A stretch of 63,929 nucleotides of DNA, filler included, from Polymyxa betae A26-41 (taxonomy: Eukaryota > Protista > Endomyxa: Phytomyxea), in NCBI GenBank assembly GCA_003693705.1. It is 10 parts of 10 records of this genome, joined end to end, with 100 filler letters (N's around TTAATTAATTAA, not from the genome) between each part and the next. Parts side by side here need not be neighbours in the genome. Positions count along the whole stretch, not along the records: positions 1 to 3,999 come from RBZT01000688.1; positions 4,100 to 8,478 come from RBZT01000933.1; positions 8,579 to 18,987 come from RBZT01000459.1; 7 more parts are not named here. One strand, given 5' to 3'. This document shows, one piece after another, positions 1-12,530 of the stretch. A model generated the notes under the pieces. That model was not told where the DNA came from. It did no database searches and was given only the letters and a program-made list of their open reading frames with translations. The first letter of the stretch is position 1; the number at the start of each line of letters is the position of its first letter. A program made the position numbers and the translations under genes.

Positions 1-1149
1 CCGATAGTACTGTTGTCGCCAAGTTGAATTTCTGGTCCTTCGGCAGATCTGATTTCTGTGAAGTAATTATCATCTTTGAGCATATGGGTTGAGCAACCAG
101 TGTCGATAATGATGGATCTATCGCTCGTACTTGTCAAGTTAGCTGTCGCTGAGCACAGTGACTGCAATGAATAAACTGAATGCTTAGACTGTTTATCATT
201 ATTTCGGTTTCGAAGTTCAGGATGGAGGGTAAAGCATGCGTCATCTCCTCCAGGATGGCGATGATGTGGAACACTGCATGTTGAGACTCCGGGCCTCTGT
301 CGGTACAACTTCGTAACTTGAACGCGCAGACCGCTAATCTCCTCTTGCATAGCTAGTTGGGCTGAGAACTTGCTCGAGTGAGAACGTGCCTGTGTTTCAG
401 CGTTTAGCAGCATGTTGGTAGCTTTCTGCATTGACACATCATCCAACGTGTCCAAGGCGGTAACGACTTCAGAATACTCGTCTCCGACATTCGCCAAAGC
501 GAGTGCGACCTTTAGCTTTTCAGGGCAAGTGACTCCCGCATTTGTTACTGCTTGCGCTCGAGATTCGATCAGAGCAATGTAGTCGACAACAGCCATGGAA
601 GATTGTTTTTCGGTGTGGATTAGGGCTTTAACGGCTGAAATGAGTGCCGCCATTGAACCTCGTTGAAACATTTCATGAAGTGACTTCCAAAGTGCATAAG
701 ATGTTTTGGACTTTTGAGCGATAACCAATATTTTGTCGTCGAGGTGAAGCTCGATTTTGGCCTTCGCACGTCGGTCAATCTTGATAAGATTGTCTTTGAG
801 AAAAGGGGCTTCAGGTGCAGGATTAAACGTTGCAGCGTCGAACCCCACGGGCTCATCATATTCTTTGTCGATTAGCAAAGAGCCCATCCGTCGTGCCCAC
901 TGTTGATAATTATCGCCTGTTAGGAGCGGTACACGGTCGTCTTTACCAATTGGGATCTTGGGACTCTTAATCTTTTGCTGAATCAACAGCTATTTGGTGT
1001 TGCCGGATAAGAGAATTCAGATTGATTATGAACGAAGTGTGGCTAAGGTACCAGAATCTCTCGTGCAATACACGGCCTTTTATTCAACTTCGATAAAAGT
1101 TTATTAATAATTGATTGGATATAAATAGCTGATGATAATGAAACTGACA
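1..1149 (-). mobile_element. Ty1/copia remnant: putative 5' LTR (~998-1149), gag and aspartic protease
   Basis: Minus-strand translation gives gag N-terminus VPLLTGDNYQQWARRMGSLL, a knuckle-like CSVPHHRHPGGDDAC and protease IIIDTGCSTHM (~80-115); frameshifted. Candidate LTR reads TGTCAG...GCAACA on the minus strand. Confidence 0.8.
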
Positions 1150-1214
1150 TTCTGGGACCTAACTCCGGCGCGCAGTTTTTGCTGCGCAGTTTTCTTGATA
1201 TGCAGGAACATCAT

Positions 1215-1880
1215 CTCGCGAGGACGGTAAGCCGATGAGAACTTCAACAGACAGCAGGTTCATGGTGACCGTCTCTGCTTTTATTGTGATTCTAAGTTGA
1301 ATGTCACTGAAGAGCTAAAAACTCAGTTTGCATTTTATAATGCCAGATTTGAGATTGAAGCAATTTTGGATGTTCGCCAAAATTCTCAATCTGGAGAGCT
1401 AGAGTTGCTCATTCACTGGAAAAGATTCAGTGATCTTGAAAATTCATGGGAACCTATAGATATTATCGTGACGGATGCGCCGTCGATGGTTCGAAGGTTC
1501 TATCGTGCACATCTTCATCATCCACTTGCAGAACGTCTGCAATTGGTAATCAAGAGTGCGGGCCTGAAGGTGTAAGTGACTTGGAGCAGACCTTTTCCCA
1601 TAACTTGCCACTTATGGTTTTTTACTGGTGCTCGGTCCCCTTCAAAATGTGCTCAAATCTCACTACAACCGCCTTAGTTTTCTTTGAAAACTTTTGGGAG
1701 GAGGAAGTGTGTAGTGCAGTAATAATTGCGAACACTTATTGCGCCCTACTGTAACTGTTATGTTACATGTTATGTTACATGAAGTCTTGGAAGGTCCCAT
1801 AACGAGAATTTGCATTCCTTTTTCTATATAAGGAGCACTAGTGCCGTGGCAATAAACAGATTACTTTTTCCATATTATTT
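1215..1880 (+). mobile_element. Ty3/gypsy 3' end: chromodomain, polypurine tract and start of 3' LTR
   Basis: ORF 1297-1575 FEIEAILDVR...LLIHWKRFSDLENSWEP is a chromodomain; PPT GGGAGGAGGAAG at 1696-1707 is followed by TGT. LTR end uncertain. Confidence 0.8.
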
Positions 1881-1979
1881 CTTATTTGGTTGAATCTCCG
1901 ATTCAAGCCACAAAGTCTACATTGGCGGCAACGGATGCCTTCGGCGTTGAAAAGGATGGACCGGCATGCAAACCCGGGT

Positions 1980-2560
1980 TTATTTCAAGAAAAAAACAAA
2001 GAGGCTCTAAGAAAATCAGGAACAGATGAGGAATTTAATCAGAGGGACGTTCTGCTGGCCGATATCGAAGAGCGGATGCGCGACTTCAAAGAGCATGCAG
2101 CAAGAAAATCTAAGATTGAACAGGATAAGAGCAAAGGACTCGAATCGTCAGGACTAATCCTGCGACGCAATGCAATGGGACAATGCGACACAGCACAGAT
2201 AAAGAATCGTCTAACAGTAATTCAGATTCGGATGAAAAAAATGCGCAGTCAATGCTTTTTAAAAAAAACATGCGCAGCTGGCAAAATGACACCAGTATCA
2301 ACCAAATCAAAACGAAAACGCAAACTCACCAGCAAAGAAAAACTTTATGGTTTGCTGTCAGCAATTAAGGACGGCATCAGCCAGAAATCCGAGACGGAAA
2401 AGAATAAGATGTCTTTGATGGAACGCCGGCTTGCGTTTGAAGAAAAGCAGGCAGCGCATCGTGATGAAGAATCGCAACGTCGTTATTCTCAGTTCCAGTT
2501 GTTACTGGAACGTTTATTGGGACGTGACTATAGTAGTCAGAGAAATCTGCTAACTAACCA
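1980..2560 (+). pseudogene. Harbinger-associated accessory ORF (Myb/SANT-type partner, C-terminal part)
   Basis: EALRKSGTDEEFNQRDVLLADIEE followed by an acidic/coiled-coil tail; lies immediately upstream of a Harbinger DDE transposase; frameshifted. Confidence 0.55.
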
Positions 2561-2841
2561 TGAGCCATCGAATTGTTTGTTGAATAAATTTTTTGTAAAT
2601 TACTATTAAGTATTAAGGTATTTTGGCTCAAACTTGGTGGAGGGGTTTGGAAATACTTGCTAATTTGATTGCCATATGCGGCTGTAAGCAGCACTAGGGG
2701 GTGTCAAAGTTCCGTGGGATGTTGATTTTCCCGGATTGAGTTTCCTATCGGAAACTCGATTTTCCTTGCAGCTAAGTTTACCCGAAAACGCATTTTCGGC
2801 AAGCAGATAAGTCGGGGGTATCAAACATCAAAATTTTACTT

Positions 2842-3960
2842 ATGGTGCGATTCTCAGAAAGAGAGCATTTGCTGAGAGATTTTGATGCCGCTTTGAAGGC
2901 TATGTCTGTTCAAATGGCGATCTATAGGAATTATAATCCTGAAAGATCATCTCGAGCCAAGCGGATCGCCTGCAATCTTTTTCCATTATAGCGCTTGCTC
3001 GACAAAGTCGTTATATCAATCTTAGAGAAAATCTATTAAAGATGCAACAGCATTAAATAATCTCCCTTTTCGAACTGTTAAAGAGTTTATTCAAGAGGTC
3101 AGAGTTTGCCAGGATACGTTCAGATATATCTTGAGTGAGATAGAGAGTAAGGATCGTCTTTTGTAAACCCTAAACCCTAAACCTTGTAGACCATGAAATT
3201 TTCCAGAACAACTCGCAGAACCCCCAACGCGAAGTATGGGCTCAACTAGCCTGTGCTCTGCATTGTTTTAGGACACTCAGGCACGGGGGCATCAATCGGT
3301 ATGGTTGAAAGAGCCAAAGGAGTGGGATACGGCACTGTCTGTCTCTACACAAAGCGAATAATCAAAGCGCTGACTGATTTAGCCCCAAAATACATCTTGT
3401 GGCCAGATGAATCGTTGCGTGCAGCTCTGAGCCAGTTGAACCACCAACGTTTTGGCTTCGAAGGCTACGTTTTATCAACTGATGGTGCACATGTTATGCT
3501 TCGTCAAAAGCCAGGCCTTGATGGGGAAGTGTTTTTCAACAGAAAACAATCATATTCTATGAATGTTTTGCTAACTTTCGATCGCAACCGACAGATTCGT
3601 TATGTGCTATCCGGTTGGCCTGGATCAGTTCATGATAGTACAATCTGGAACAGTGGACTAAGCAAGCAGCCATTGAAATTCTTCTCACCTGGGCAGTATC
3701 AGCTGGGCGACTCAGGGTTCTAGTTAATAAGCTCGATGATAGTGCCATACCGGCATCCGACTGCATCTTTGCCTATGAATCTGGAGTTTAATGAAAAGCT
3801 TTCAGCTGCACGGGTAGTTTCCGAACATGGCAACGGTATCTTGAAAGCTCGGTGGCAATCACTAAGGGCTTTGCCATTTTGCATTAATTCAGAGAGGGAC
3901 GTCCAGTCAGCCTGTGATTGGATAACGTGTATCAACTTATATTTTCTCCTAATGAAGTAA
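2842..3960 (+). mobile_element. PIF/Harbinger DDE transposase (DDE_Tnp_4-like), pseudogenised
   Basis: Motifs STDGAHV, FNRKQSYSMNV, GWPGSVHDSTIW, LGDSGF, FNEKLSAARVVSEHGNGILKARWQSL; internal stop and frameshifts; intron 3147-3189. Confidence 0.92.
3164..3183. repeat. Interstitial telomere-like repeat (TAAACCC)x~3 inside an intron
   Basis: TAAACCC TAAACCC TAAACC read directly (TTTAGGG on the minus strand). Confidence 0.8.
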
Positions 3961-3999
3961 TAAATACTGCGTCACAGCGCACTATTTAAACCACATTGC

Positions 4000-4099
4000 N
4001 NNNNNNNNNNNNNNNNNNNNNNNNNNNNNNNNNNNNNNNNNNNTTAATTAATTAANNNNNNNNNNNNNNNNNNNNNNNNNNNNNNNNNNNNNNNNNNNN
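4000..4099. other. Artificial contig spacer N44-TTAATTAATTAA-N44 (also 8479-8578, 18988-19087, 23104-23203, 37150-37249, 45734-45833, 51791-51890, 57669-57768, 61568-61667)
   Basis: Nine identical 100-nt spacers, each with a six-frame stop linker. Confidence 0.98.
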
Positions 4100-5617
4100 T
4101 TTTTCAATTTTGACTATCAATGTTTAAATATTCTCGTACAACCAAGGACCTAGTCGACCAGACAAATTGCAGATAAAGGATCTAATAATACTACCTAAAT
4201 CATTAAAACAATTTGGGAAAATGATGATTGTAATGTATTAGCAAAGAGATTCTTGGAACAATCTCGATTGGCACGTCGCAAACGTAGGACCAGATGGAGG
4301 GTACACTCCTTTTGAATGGAGTAAGAGGCGATAGTATGGTCCCATTCTGATCGTTTACCGGCAGTTATGAGGTGCCGCTGTTCAACAGGAATGCCTTCAG
4401 CATCTTCACGGATTGCAGGAGTTCCGTAACAAGAGCATTGAGCGGAACATCGATTTCACGCGTTTTGCCGGTGTGATAAACCAGGCCGAAAACACTGTGG
4501 AACGATAATGCATCAAATTGTTTATGAGGAGAAATTTTGAGAGAAAATCGGTGATGACTGATGATGGGCGGAATTGAGTCATTGATGTGGAGAGTCACGA
4601 CAGCCGGTCAGCGCCTTTAAAAGAAGCTTCATAAGACCTCACGACTTCAATTGGAGATGAGAATCCGGTCTGGGCCACCAGATCGGAAGAGTTTTGGAAC
4701 CTTCCGTAGGATACGGATACATGGCCCGATATCGGGCGGACTTCTCGGATTCACTCAGATACGGGTTATACTCTAACTCGATCTCATCCGAAATTTTCAT
4801 CCGGAATCGGTTGAAGTTCAGCTGAGTTCGCCTTGGGGATCGGAATTGGACAAGAAGCCGGCTGCTATCCTGTTCTCATCCCTTTTCACACCAATTCAGT
4901 CAGGCGATTTTCATAGAATGTAACGTTTACGCTTGGGATCTCTAGTAGCAGATCGGGTGGTTTTTTGCGGGTGATGTTTTAAATGATTTCATTCCGGTAA
5001 TGAAGAACCGTACAGAGGCGGGCTCGCATATATCGGCATGGGTTTTCGCCAACTCTTCACTATCCGTGATGCTCTTTTCTTGCGGATCATCCAGCAAATC
5101 TGTGATTTCGAGTAAATATCTCTGAATCTTCCAACATAAATGTGTCGCAGTCCCAAATCACATAAGAACACATTAAAGAAATCAGCAAATGTGCAATGGT
5201 CGGGTCTATTTTGCTTACAGAATCTTCACAGAAATTCGACATTGTAGATTGAGATAGTCCCATGCCCTATCATGGCGTCTCCTTCATCATCAGATAGGAA
5301 AATCCATGTAGGCGACCTAGCTGAGAGCCGCCCAGGAGCCGGTGTTCCACTAAGGCTCCGATCGGATTCTGGATTAAGGTCGGGTACCAATTGGATCAAA
5401 GTAGTGAACGGTACCCGACCTCGAACATCCAGAGCTCTGTGCAATCGAATCAACTGGAAAAAATTTAACAAAAATACATCTGAAGCTACCGGCTGACCGA
5501 TTTTGATTGAGATGCTTTTAAAATAACTGTCCTTGGATCATTCCTCCCTGAGTTCCGCTCATACTGATAGGAGTTTTTGCTGATTCTCTATACAGTATAT
5601 TTTTTTACATGATTATT

Positions 5618-5791
5618 CCGTAGACTTTCTTATAACTGATACGGTCGGTGGAGGGGTTTGATATCAATTATAAGCGAGTATCAATTATAAATATCAGTTA
5701 TAAGCCATAGAACGCATGTCGGTGGGCGCTTTCCCTATCAGTTATAAGCGCGAATCAGTTATAAGAAAATCATTTATAAGAGAGTCTACGG
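5618..5791. mobile_element. pogo/Tigger-type MITE (~174 bp)
   Basis: 23-bp TIRs CCGTAGACTTTCTTATAACTGAT / ATCATTTATAAGAGAGTCTACGG (2 mismatches); right flank TA; internal ATCARTTATAAG repeats. Confidence 0.8.
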
Positions 5792-6413
5792 TATCGAGAA
5801 ATCCACTTGTTCGCCAGTTTAAAAATTGGGTACAAAATTTAAACCTTGAAATAGCTTTTAGCGTTAAATTTATTGAAAAACGAATGTATAATAAATGGTT
5901 TGGAGATTCTAGCCCATTCACAATGTAATTTTCATTTGGAATGTAATTCTGCCCTTCAGCATATATGATAACAATAGATAGGCGTTTATAAATATACACT
6001 GTATAATTAGAAGATTGCTCGCACTGCGATTTCAAACAAAAAAGCCATGGCATCAATGAGAGTCGAACCTGTTATCTCTAATTTGTATTCACGGTTTATA
6101 CAGAGACGTTGACACAGAAATATTATCATTGCCTCCGAATTGAGGTTCAATCTTTACAGGTGACTAGTACAACATAGTCGAGCAAAGCCCAGCGTAATGT
6201 ACGTCTAATCTAACACTTTTTTATATATGCATAAAACACTAAACTGCAATGTCAAAAAAGATAACAAGAACGTTTATAATATGAACTTTAGCTGCTAATT
6301 GCTTGTAGAAGACAATGTTAGTTATTTGCACAGCAATTTGCAAATGAAACCCTCAAAGATGACAACAACCTTTAAAAAATATACCAGAAGTTGATAGTGC
6401 AAACTCTGTACGA

Positions 6414-7929
6414 ATGCGTTCAGAAAAGACACCCGCAGTCCGTGATCAACCTCGGGCGATCTTCAATGAGGATTATGATTTGCTTGAAACTGCAATCTCC
6501 AAAAACATAATTGTTTTTCAAAGATCGAATCGAATCCTTTCTAATATCGCTCGTAGGTGGGATCATGACGAAGGTCAGGCATTCTATGTCAAGATGTCCA
6601 ATGTATTCATTACGGGAAATTCGCTGAAAGCATATAATTGTCGTGCTGTGTACTTTGAAGGTGGATGTGCTCTGTCCCCAGACCCTTATCCCATTGAAGA
6701 GTTTCGGATAACCAATGGGAAACAAGTCACCTATATCGATCAAGCAATAGTCATATCACAGCATTTCGGTTTTGCTTATTATCACTGGCTAATCGAGGTC
6801 ACTTTGGATTTATTGCTTTCTCTTGAAACTTAATCATCGCAGCTGAATTTTCACTTTTTGTTTCATTTTGTGTAAGATTTTCAGTTATAGTGGGCGCTTG
6901 CTTCAAATTTGGGACAAACTTTCACAGCTTTGATCCTCCTTAACCCATTTATTTCATCGATCCATCAGTCTGTTTGCTTTCACAGTTTCTCATTTGATTC
7001 GTTTTGCTAATGAGCCGTTGTGTAGGCGCTGCCACGTTTAAGCATGCTCTATGACACTATCCAGGTCGATAAGGAAATGAAAATTATAATGTTCGAAAGC
7101 GAGGTCCCTGAAGTTGGGCCGACCATCCTACTGTTGCTGGATATCGACCCAAAACGAGTCATCTGGTATCATGCTGAGCAGGTCTATTACGTCCGAGATG
7201 TCACGATCCCTTCGCCTGCACAGTGTGGTAAAGCCATCTCACCCGCCATTTATTCGCTGAAAAAGATGTTACGAACCAAGCTGATGGAAAAATTCCCTAA
7301 AAAGGTCAGCATTGGAAAGCATTTCTCACAATTACTGTGATGCTCTGATGTTTGAAAGATCAGAAAGCCATATCTAACTGAAATTCAAATAGTTCAATCC
7401 AGAAGAAAAGCGAAAATGCCCTTTACCATTGTGGTGCAAGATCGCGGCGACGCCCGTCGATCTTTGTTCAACCACAACGAACTTGTTCGTGCCGTTCAAT
7501 CTGCACACACAGACGCTTTGATCCTCCAGTTTGGACCAAAGGAAGGCTTCCTTTCCATGGCCAGGAAACATTTCTACGCCGATATTATCGTAGGCCCGCA
7601 TGGTGCAGGCCTAAGCAACGTTCGTAAGAATATTGAACGTGTTTTCTTGGCTCAGATCAGCACAGGCTGTTTTGGCCCCAGATGGCGCGGCAGTTATAGA
7701 GATCCATCCCAATGAAGGGAATCAATATGATGAAGGTCCACATTATGTCAACAGCTGCCATCAAAGGACGGCTCGTCGGACCGGCTTGCGATCTGTTCTG
7801 CTTTTAGAAGATAATGGGGACACAGCACACCCGTTTTTCACCAATATATCGCGAGTCGTTGATACCATCAAGAAGATTCGAGCAGGCGATTTTGAACATA
7901 TCGATCAGTACGTCAGCTGGCAGCTTTGA
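6414..7929 (+). CDS. Glycosyltransferase family 61 (DUF563-like), multi-exon; 5' end uncertain
   Basis: YYHWLIE|ALPRL after splicing 6798-7025; ADIIVGPHGAGLSN and AVIEIHP are GT61 hallmark motifs. Confidence 0.85.
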
Positions 7930-10146
7930 TGGTTCAGCGTTGAGATGCTGAAGATGTACAGTTAAAGCAAGCTGAGTACCTCTCAGAAGAGCTGATAGAA
8001 GACAGAAAAATATTATTTATAGAAACCACCGAGTTGTTTCATCTGTTGTGTGTGAATCTGCTGTTTTGTTTGACAGGAATGCCCTCGAATCAATGCGCTC
8101 AGGCTTTGTGTCGTATAATTAGCAACGTATCAGTGATATCAACCCAGAAGAACCAACGACAGGACATAGAGTATTCGTGATAAAACAGTAGATTAAAGAA
8201 TCATGAAACAGGTTAAGAGAGGTCTGCCAGCCTGATATCAGCTTTCCAACGTTTCGGGACCATCACAGCTCTCCATCATAATCTGCCAACAAAAAAAACG
8301 AACTTTTGCTCTGACCAAACCGTTAACCTCTCATAATAAGCATCGCAATGCGAAGAGTGGTCTCTCATCAGAAATGCTTAGACTCGAAACTTCTCAGAAT
8401 CAAAATTTTGAGGTTGCACAACCAATTCCCAAAGATAATGCGACATCGAATGGAAAGTATTATCGATGTCAATGTGTANNNNNNNNNNNNNNNNNNNNNN
8501 NNNNNNNNNNNNNNNNNNNNNNTTAATTAATTAANNNNNNNNNNNNNNNNNNNNNNNNNNNNNNNNNNNNNNNNNNNNTTATCATCTGGATTGATGATTT
8601 ATTAGGATATGCAGATGAAGAGAAAACATGGTCTTGATCGGACCTTGGAATTAGCTGATTTTAATCTTAAAGTTAATATTGAAAAATGTCATCTTTTCTT
8701 GAAAGAGGTGAAATTTTGTGGACGAATATTTGGGACAACGGGTGTGAAACACGATCCTCGGAGGATTGCTGCGTTATCTGAAATGCCAATTCCTAAAAGA
8801 GCTAATGAGTTGCAGCAAATTCTAATGGCATCACAATGGATGGCTCGTTCCATCCCAAATTACTATTATATAGTTATATCTTTACAAGATATACTGGAAG
8901 ATGCAATGAAATTGCAATTACGCCGAACTGAAAAGGCCGCAAGTCGAGTTGACTTGCAGCGATTTGGTTGGAATGGAATTCATACAAAGGCTTTATTGAA
9001 TCAAAAAATGCTATTACAAATGCTGTTAAGTTAGCTTATCCTAGCGATCAGATGGTGCAATGTTTTTTGTGATGCCAGCCATCATGCTAGTTCATCAGGA
9101 GTGGTTTCTCAGATTCCACCTGAAAATATCAATAAGCCCATTCATCAACAAAGACATCAGCCTCTTGGCTTTGTAGGCCACAGATTTAATGGGTCTGATC
9201 TGAATTGGGCGACAATTGATAAAGAGGCTTTTGCCATTAAGGATACTTTGAAGAAGCTCTCTTACCTTTTACATATGCCTTCACCTTTCCATTTATTTAT
9301 ATACGGATCATAGGAATTTACTGCATATATATGTACAATCCTTTGAAGTGTGCTAAGCAAACAGCAGAAAGATTGATTCGTTGGGGGATTGAAATACGGG
9401 ATTGTAATTACCTAATTCATCAAATCTCCGGCGAAGATAATCATTGGGCTGATTTGCTATCTAGATGGGGTGCGGGTGTATGTGATGTCTCTGATAATTA
9501 ACCCATAATTCATGTCAGAGTGCTACGAATATTGGAAGATATTATTCCGACCGAACCAAATCGTTTATTGAATGATACTATTCGTGTACAGCCTTGTGTC
9601 TGGCCAGACAACGTCTGAAATTATGACGGAGCAAAATCTCCATTTTCCGAATAGCCTTTTTGCTAAAAATTCAGATGGACTTTTGGTTGATACACAAAAC
9701 AGAATAGCTATACCCATTCAAAGTGTTGACCTGATTAGGCGACTATGCATTATAGCACATGCTGGTTGTCATTGCGGTCATTTGTCTTATAAAAATGCAT
9801 TAGCTATGCTACAAGACTGGGTCTATTGGATCGGTATGCGACAAGACATCAAGGATGTCTGTTCCGCTAACGCGAAAAGGATTTCGTATCCCTCGTCCGC
9901 TTGGAACTGCGTGCCATGGAACAAAACCAATTGAGGTTTTGCATTTTGAATATTTATAGGTTGCATCCAAATTGAAAAGTTCCATGAACTTTCAATGGAT
10001 ATTTGTTATCCGTGATGATTTTTCAGGTCACGTTTTACTGAGACCTGTACTGTTGTTTTCAGTAAAAGTGAAAATTTTGCGATGGTTGCCCCGCATGTTT
10101 CCAGGGTTGCGCTGAAATATCGCACCATCGGTTCTAGGCAGAAACG

Positions 10147-11251
10147 ATGGAGGCGAGTGGCAATCAATCGACCTTGTCAAGCAGCTCAGCACACGAAGGA
10201 AGTGGTTCACCGCCTTTTAGTTCGGTCAGCCAAGCGCAACCAATTAAAGCTCGGCCTGCCGACGAACTATATCGTTTGAAATTCAACACTATCATCAAAC
10301 CTTACAAGAATGCGCAAAATCGAACCGGCGAAAGCCTTGGAATCATCAACATCAACGTGTCTTCGCTGGACGATTTGCGAGCTTCGGTTTTTGCGACTGT
10401 CTCCGATCATTCCAAGGCATTGCCACTCAAGAAGGCAGCGGCTTTTCGTTGAGATCTCAGCAAGTAAGTAAGCATTAATTTTCTGTGTAGATGCTTTCGA
10501 ATGGCTAATGACAATGCAAACGCAGGTGGCGCCAGCCGATCTAGAGCTTCTCGTGAGCTTCAAATCTCGAAATCACATGTATGCATATGAAGGTAAGACG
10601 AGTAAGATGTATTGAATCGATTTTATTTCACTCTGCATTCGGTGCCAGGCAGACCTTACAGGCTCCATTCTACAACATTGGTCAGCACGTTCTATCAATG
10701 TGGATATGTTCGTTTACAAATACGGTGCGAACCTTCAAACTGCATCCCAGCACACTTCATTTCAAGCATCTGCCGTCGCTCCAACCTCAACTGATCGAGC
10801 AGGCGCTGCTTCCAACGTGGCAGTTTTTGAAATTGTCAGTCGACTGAGAGACCGTTGGAGCACTACATATGTTTCTCAGAGTATTAACAGGGAGATCTGG
10901 GCCAACGAGATTGCTCAGAAGCCAACACATGAGCACGAATCTCTGATAAACCAGCCTCCTCCTCGCGACATTATCCATCTGTTTAGACATTCGCCAACAG
11001 ATGGAGATGCCCTTGTTTCTTCTTTGCGAACTGACAACAACATGGTTCTAGCCATTCTGGAAGACATGAAAGCGCAGTAGAAAGAGATCGAGCATGACTT
11101 CACGGCCAGATTTAACAGGATGTTTGCAGGAACTGATCGATATCGGCTGCAGGCGATTGAATTGCATAATGCATTACGACCTCAAGAGCATTCATTCAAT
11201 TCTGCTATACTCGAAACGATCGAAAACTTAGACGATTTGGATCATCAATAA
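10147..11251 (+). pseudogene. Uncharacterised cargo ORF of the Tc1-like element (spliced, damaged)
   Basis: Linked ORFs 10147-10452 and 10700-11080 plus continuation ending IENLDDLDHQ*; motifs TDRAGA, IWANEI, PPPRDIIHLF; two GT-AG introns near 10470-10650. Confidence 0.65.
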
Positions 11252-12530
11252 ATCAATTTAATCACAGACGGTTTATCAATTCGTTTGAGAACGATGTTCC
11301 TGGATTGAAAGCATCCCGATGTCGAGAATCCACAATGCTTGAAGAAATTTCGCATATTGTAATCGACAAAGCGATCTAGAATCGTTGATATCACCTTGGC
11401 AATGTCTTTCGGTTTGGTGGTCACCTCCTGGTACGTTCGCCGCATGTGCTTTTTGACAATCCCAAAGAAGTACTCAATCGGATTGTAGAAAGGATAATAA
11501 GCCGGAAGGAAGACTGGAATTATACCGAGCGAACGAAGATAATAAGTGAAACTTGGATGACAATGGATCCGGCACCGTCAAGAATCCAAACAGATCGAAA
11601 TCCAGGGTATTGCTGTACATGCCCTGACAATGCAAAAGATCTACAGCATCTGAGAAACGTTAGGCGATCAAATGTTCCACTGGTCATGAAAGTCTCGACA
11701 AGTCCACCACAATCGAGGAAACATAGAAGAGAGACTCTCGGTGAGCGTGTGAATTCCCCACGAAAGTGCAGCGCTTGGCCCTAGCACAAATTATTGTTAA
11801 AGATTGTAAAATCTAGATTAGGTACCTTCAAAGCGTATCATCGACGTCGCAGCATTCCACAATTGTCGAACGACACTTCGTCAGGAAAAACCAACGAATG
11901 ATGGGTCCAGTCGATAGCATTCAATTCGTGACAGAAACGAATTATATCTTTCCTGCTTATTTGGATGGCGCGACGCTCTATACACTAAGGCAAAACTTCA
12001 TTAGAAAAATTAATAATGTCATCCGATTAGGACAAAGCTCGTACTTATATGTCAGCTTGAGCTCTGCCATAATTCTCCAAATACTGGAGATGCTGATTCG
12101 TATACGCCATTCAAGGATAAAAGCTCGGCGTGTTTCGTCGAGAAACGATAACGGATGCCTCAAAACATAATCAAGAATCCATTGGCGCTGTTCAGGTAGA
12201 ATTCTTGCATGACTGCTTTGCGAACACCAGTTAGAAACATTCCCGGTCTCCCTGTATCGATTTCTCCATCGACTGATCGTCCCTATACCTTTCCTATATA
12301 CGCTGGCGACCTTAGCAACGGTAAACCCAAGTAAAAGTGTGCATAAATGGCATGCATCTTCGTATTGACCGACGCTTGCTGAGAATCGATGGCACTGCAT
12401 AGCCCCCGCTCCTGTGAAAGCACCATAAAGCTACTATGACGATATTTCCTGGCGCAGCCCTCCAAACATCGCGGAGTGCGACTTTTAACTATCGCGATGT
12501 TCCATTTCACATAAGAATCGCAGTACTTGT
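11245..12530 (-). mobile_element. Tc1/IS630-family DD34E transposase, frameshifted
   Basis: N-terminal HTH (VAKVASVYRKGIGTISRW; ISISSIWRI), VFPDEVSFD, WILDGA, FLPAYYPFYNPIEYFFG; 34 residues between second D and E after repairing a 1-nt deletion; intron ~11782-11826. Confidence 0.9.

Noticed and set aside
4044-4055. Recurrent TTAATTAATTAA palindrome
   Set aside because: Always centred in identical N spacers; an assembly linker, not biology.
4365-5500. Fragmentary minus-strand ORFs
   Set aside because: Coding-like but no recognisable family; left unannotated.
10147-11251. Cargo ORF as Fanzor/TnpB
   Set aside because: No RuvC D/E/D motifs or CxxC zinc ribbon.
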